A DNA stretch of 35,931 bases, from assembly GCA_041664245.1 (NCBI GenBank), contig JBAYLC010000001.1, forward strand, positions 152,654-188,584. The letters are read 5' to 3'. The position numbers and the translations under genes were made by a program. Source of the stretch: Minisyncoccota bacterium (GTDB lineage Bacteria; Patescibacteriota; Minisyncoccia; UBA6257; 2-01-FULL-56-20). The notes below the pieces were generated by a model. That model was not told where the DNA came from. It saw nothing but the letters and a program-made list of their open reading frames with translations, and made no database searches. Of the stretch, positions 33,831-35,931 are shown piece after piece; positions within the stretch are counted from its first letter, which is position 1, and the number at the start of each line of letters is the position of its first letter.

Positions 33831-34012
33831 GGCGAACGAGATATCCACAGTTTTCATTTTCATTCTCGTTCGAAGTGTTAAAATTAAATAAGAAAAATAT
33901 TTTACAAAGTAAGTCCGAATTTTTTTCGCACTTACTTTGAAAAGGTCGATTCACTTTTGCATTAATTTTTTAAAAATTTTTTGTGAAAGTAAAACATTTC
34001 GATCGTATCTAA

Positions 34013-34078
34013 ATGAAAAAGAAAAAAGCAACGAAAAAGACTGCAAAGAAAAAGACGACCAAGAAGAGAAAGAAATAG
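34013..34078 (+). CDS. Unannotated 21-aa Lys-rich peptide MKKKKATKKTAKKKTTKKRKK
   Basis: Translated by hand; extended -10 TGtTAAAAT at 33876-84; terminator at 34087-34123. Confidence 0.7.
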   Translation: MKKKKATKKTAKKKTTKKRKK

Positions 34079-34086
34079 TCTGAATG

Positions 34087-34123
34087 AAAAACCGCTCCGG
34101 CAATCGTCGGGGCGGTTTTTTTT
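34087..34123 (+). terminator. Terminator after the Lys-rich peptide gene
   Basis: aaaaaccgctccg...cggggcggtttttttt. Confidence 0.85.
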
Positions 34124-34156
34124 GCTAAAAAAGCCTAAATTATCTATAATCAAGCC

Positions 34157-34492
34157 ATGAAAATAAGCATTAAAGCTACCAATTTAGACCTAACCCCCAG
34201 TTTAAAGATCTATATCAACTCAAAATTATCCGGCATTGATAAGCTTGTGAAGCGATTTGATGAGGGTGGTGATGTCCAACTCCGTCTTGAAATTGGTCGG
34301 ATCACCAAGCACCACCACAAAGGCGATGTTTTTATGGCTGAAATCAATCTCGATCTTCCTGGAAAAGTTTTACGCAGTGAAGTAAGCGGTCCCGATGTCC
34401 ACCAAGTTCTTGATGAAGCAAAAAATAAACTTCGATTAGAAATTGAAAAATTTAAATCCCGATCTAATCCGAAGGCGAAACTAAAAGGGTAA
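34157..34492 (+). CDS. hpf: Ribosome hibernation promoting factor (short HPF/RaiA)
   Basis: MKISIKATNLDLTPSLKIYI, HHHKGDVFMAEINL, LDEAKNKL; promoter TTGCTA-17-TATAAT. Confidence 0.9.
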   Translation: MKISIKATNLDLTPSLKIYINSKLSGIDKLVKRFDEGGDVQLRLEIGRITKHHHKGDVFMAEINLDLPGKVLRSEVSGPDVHQVLDEAKNKLRLEIEKFKSRSNPKAKLKG

Positions 34493-34511
34493 ATTAAATT
34501 GAAATTTTTAA

Positions 34512-35931
34512 ATGAATTTTATTAAAAACCTCTTCAAAGGCGATCAACTTGGTCCATTTCAGGAAATAGTTGAGCAAATAAACGCCCTAGAAGAAGAAGT
34601 AAAAAAATTTTCCGCCGCCGAACTTAAATTAGAAACGGAAAAATTAAAAGATAAATTTAAAAGCGGTGTCTCGATTGAAGAAATAGCTCCTATGGCTTTT
34701 GCGCTTGCAAGGGAGGCGGCTTGGCGCACTCTCGGTCAGAGACCGTTTGATGTTCAGCTCTTAGGCGGGCTTGCTCTGAATAAGGGTGCAGTTGTTGAAA
34801 TGGCAACCGGTGAAGGAAAAACTCTTTCCGCCGTGGCGCCAGCTTTTTTAAACGCCCTAACTGAAAAAGGTGTCCATGTCGTTACGGTTAATGAATATCT
34901 TGCCCGCCGTGACGCTGTTTGGATGGGTCAGATTTATCACGCACTTGGCCTAAGTGTTGCCTGTCTTGTACCGAATGGCGCCTATCTTTACGACCCAAGT
35001 TTTAAAATTGTCGAAGAAGGAGAGGCGTTGATAGACAAAGAGCGTGACACAACGGGAAATTTTCTAGTTCAACAGGAATTCCTCCGCCCGATCACTCGCC
35101 GAGAAGCCTACTCGGCCCACATTACCTACGGCACCAATCATGAATTTGGCTTCGATTATCTTCGCGATAATTTGGTCTATAGCTTAGAGGGACAGGCGCA
35201 AAGAGGTTATCATTACGCCATCATCGACGAAGTCGACAGCATCCTTATAGATGAAGCTAGAACGCCTTTAATTATCGCCGCTCCCGATGAACAATCCAGC
35301 GAATTCTATAAAACTTTTACTCGGGTTGTTTCTAATCTAAAACTTGATGAGGATTACACCGTTGATGAAAAATATCGGTCGGTCAGCATCACCGATAGTG
35401 GAATCGAAAAAGTGGAAAAAATGGTCGGAGTAACGAATATCTATGCCCCCCAAAATCTTCGCTTAGTTCACTATCTTGAAGAAAGTTTAAAAGCTAAAGC
35501 GGTTTTTAAAAAAGACAAGGACTATGTTGTTAAAAATGGTGAGGTGGTTATTGTTGATGAATTTACCGGCCGAATGCTTCACGGCCGCCGTTATAATGGG
35601 GGATTACACCAAGCCATCGAAGCGAAAGAAGGCGTCTATGTTAAGGAAGAATCCCGCACCTACGCCAAAATATCCATTCAAAATTATTTTCGGCTCTACG
35701 AAAAAATTGCCGGCATGACCGGCACCGCCGAAACTTCCGCCGAAGAATTTCACAAAGTTTACAATCTTGAAGTAATTTCTATTCCGACCAATAAGCCGAT
35801 GATCCGGAAAAATTTGCCGGATGCGATTTACAAAACCTCCAATGCCAAATGGCGGGCGGTAGTTCAAGAAGTAAAAACCCGCCAAGAAAAAGGCCAGCCA
35901 ATTCTTTTAGGCACAGCTTCAATTGAAAAAA
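34512..35931 (+). CDS. secA: Preprotein translocase ATPase SecA (3'-truncated by window edge; absent from the ORF track)
   Basis: EMATGEGKTL, VTVNEYLARRDA, AIIDEVDSILIDEARTPLII, GMTGTAET. Confidence 0.97.
   Translation, partial: MNFIKNLFKGDQLGPFQEIVEQINALEEEVKKFSAAELKLETEKLKDKFKSGVSIEEIAPMAFALAREAAWRTLGQRPFDVQLLGGLALNKGAVVEMATGEGKTLSAVAPAFLNALTEKGVHVVTVNEYLARRDAVWMGQIYHALGLSVACLVPNGAYLYDPSFKIVEEGEALIDKERDTTGNFLVQQEFLRPITRREAYSAHITYGTNHEFGFDYLRDNLVYSLEGQAQRGYHYAIIDEVDSILIDEARTPLIIAAPDEQSSEFYKTFTRVVSNLKLDEDYTVDEKYRSVSITDSGIEKVEKMVGVTNIYAPQNLRLVHYLEESLKAKAVFKKDKDYVVKNGEVVIVDEFTGRMLHGRRYNGGLHQAIEAKEGVYVKEESRTYAKISIQNYFRLYEKIAGMTGTAETSAEEFHKVYNLEVISIPTNKPMIRKNLPDAIYKTSNAKWRAVVQEVKTRQEKGQPILLGTASIEK

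Noticed and set aside
33696-33840. raiA-motif RNA, given its position near hpf/raiA and the GCAGGCG and GCAAAACGA words
   Set aside because: The order and pairing of these words do not match the raiA motif as I recall it, and the element is too short
155-35885. Many alternative-frame or antisense ORFs in the track (e.g. 155-484, 850-1317, 7027-7320, 10017-10259, 19166-19501, 23436-23921, 31208-31555, 33633-33954, 35604-35885)
   Set aside because: They overlap confidently identified genes or inverted repeats, have no recognisable motifs and have no initiation signals; treated as shadow ORFs
1-35931. CRISPR array, rRNA, tmRNA, RNase P or SRP RNA
   Set aside because: No regularly spaced 25-40-nt repeats and none of the conserved signature sequences were seen

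Overview
A 35.9-kb window of a low-GC bacterial chromosome, most likely Patescibacteria/CPR (Parcubacteria-like). This is inferred from the missing rpmD (L30) between rpsE and rplO, mostly SD-less core genes and the general gene inventory. Core blocks: the end of the spc operon (rplE-rpsZ-rpsH-rplF-rplR-rpsE-rplO-secY) with adk and map; greA-lysS; dnaE; tRNA-Thr/Thr/rpmG/tRNA-Trp; L10 leader-rplJ-rplL-tRNA-Val; mraZ-rsmH-ftsL-ftsI-murF-tRNA-Glu; tpiA, SIMPL, murB, hpf and the 5' part of secA. The main accessory feature lies between tRNA-Trp and rplJ (about 13.9-21.0 kb). It holds a four-gene locus that looks like a TasA/SipW-type extracellular fibre system: two secreted proteins sharing the N-terminal motif AFEAHV[IV]NVTATIE, a small membrane-anchored beta protein and a Ser-His (SipW/Sec11-type) signal peptidase. 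A 490-nt structured leader with a terminator precedes it and a matrixin protease follows it. Other highlights: an unannotated 21-aa Lys-rich peptide gene with its own promoter and terminator upstream of hpf; a covarying hairpin element just 3' of both tRNA-Trp and tRNA-Glu; a 6S-like RNA rod upstream of murB; a recurrent hairpin+AAAGGTCG leader motif; 7-nt tandem repeats, two of them in-frame in tpiA; an OPRT-OMPDC fusion; and a queuosine-precursor transporter. I saw no rRNA, CRISPR array, integrase or transposase. All family assignments come from motif recognition by eye; no database search was run.
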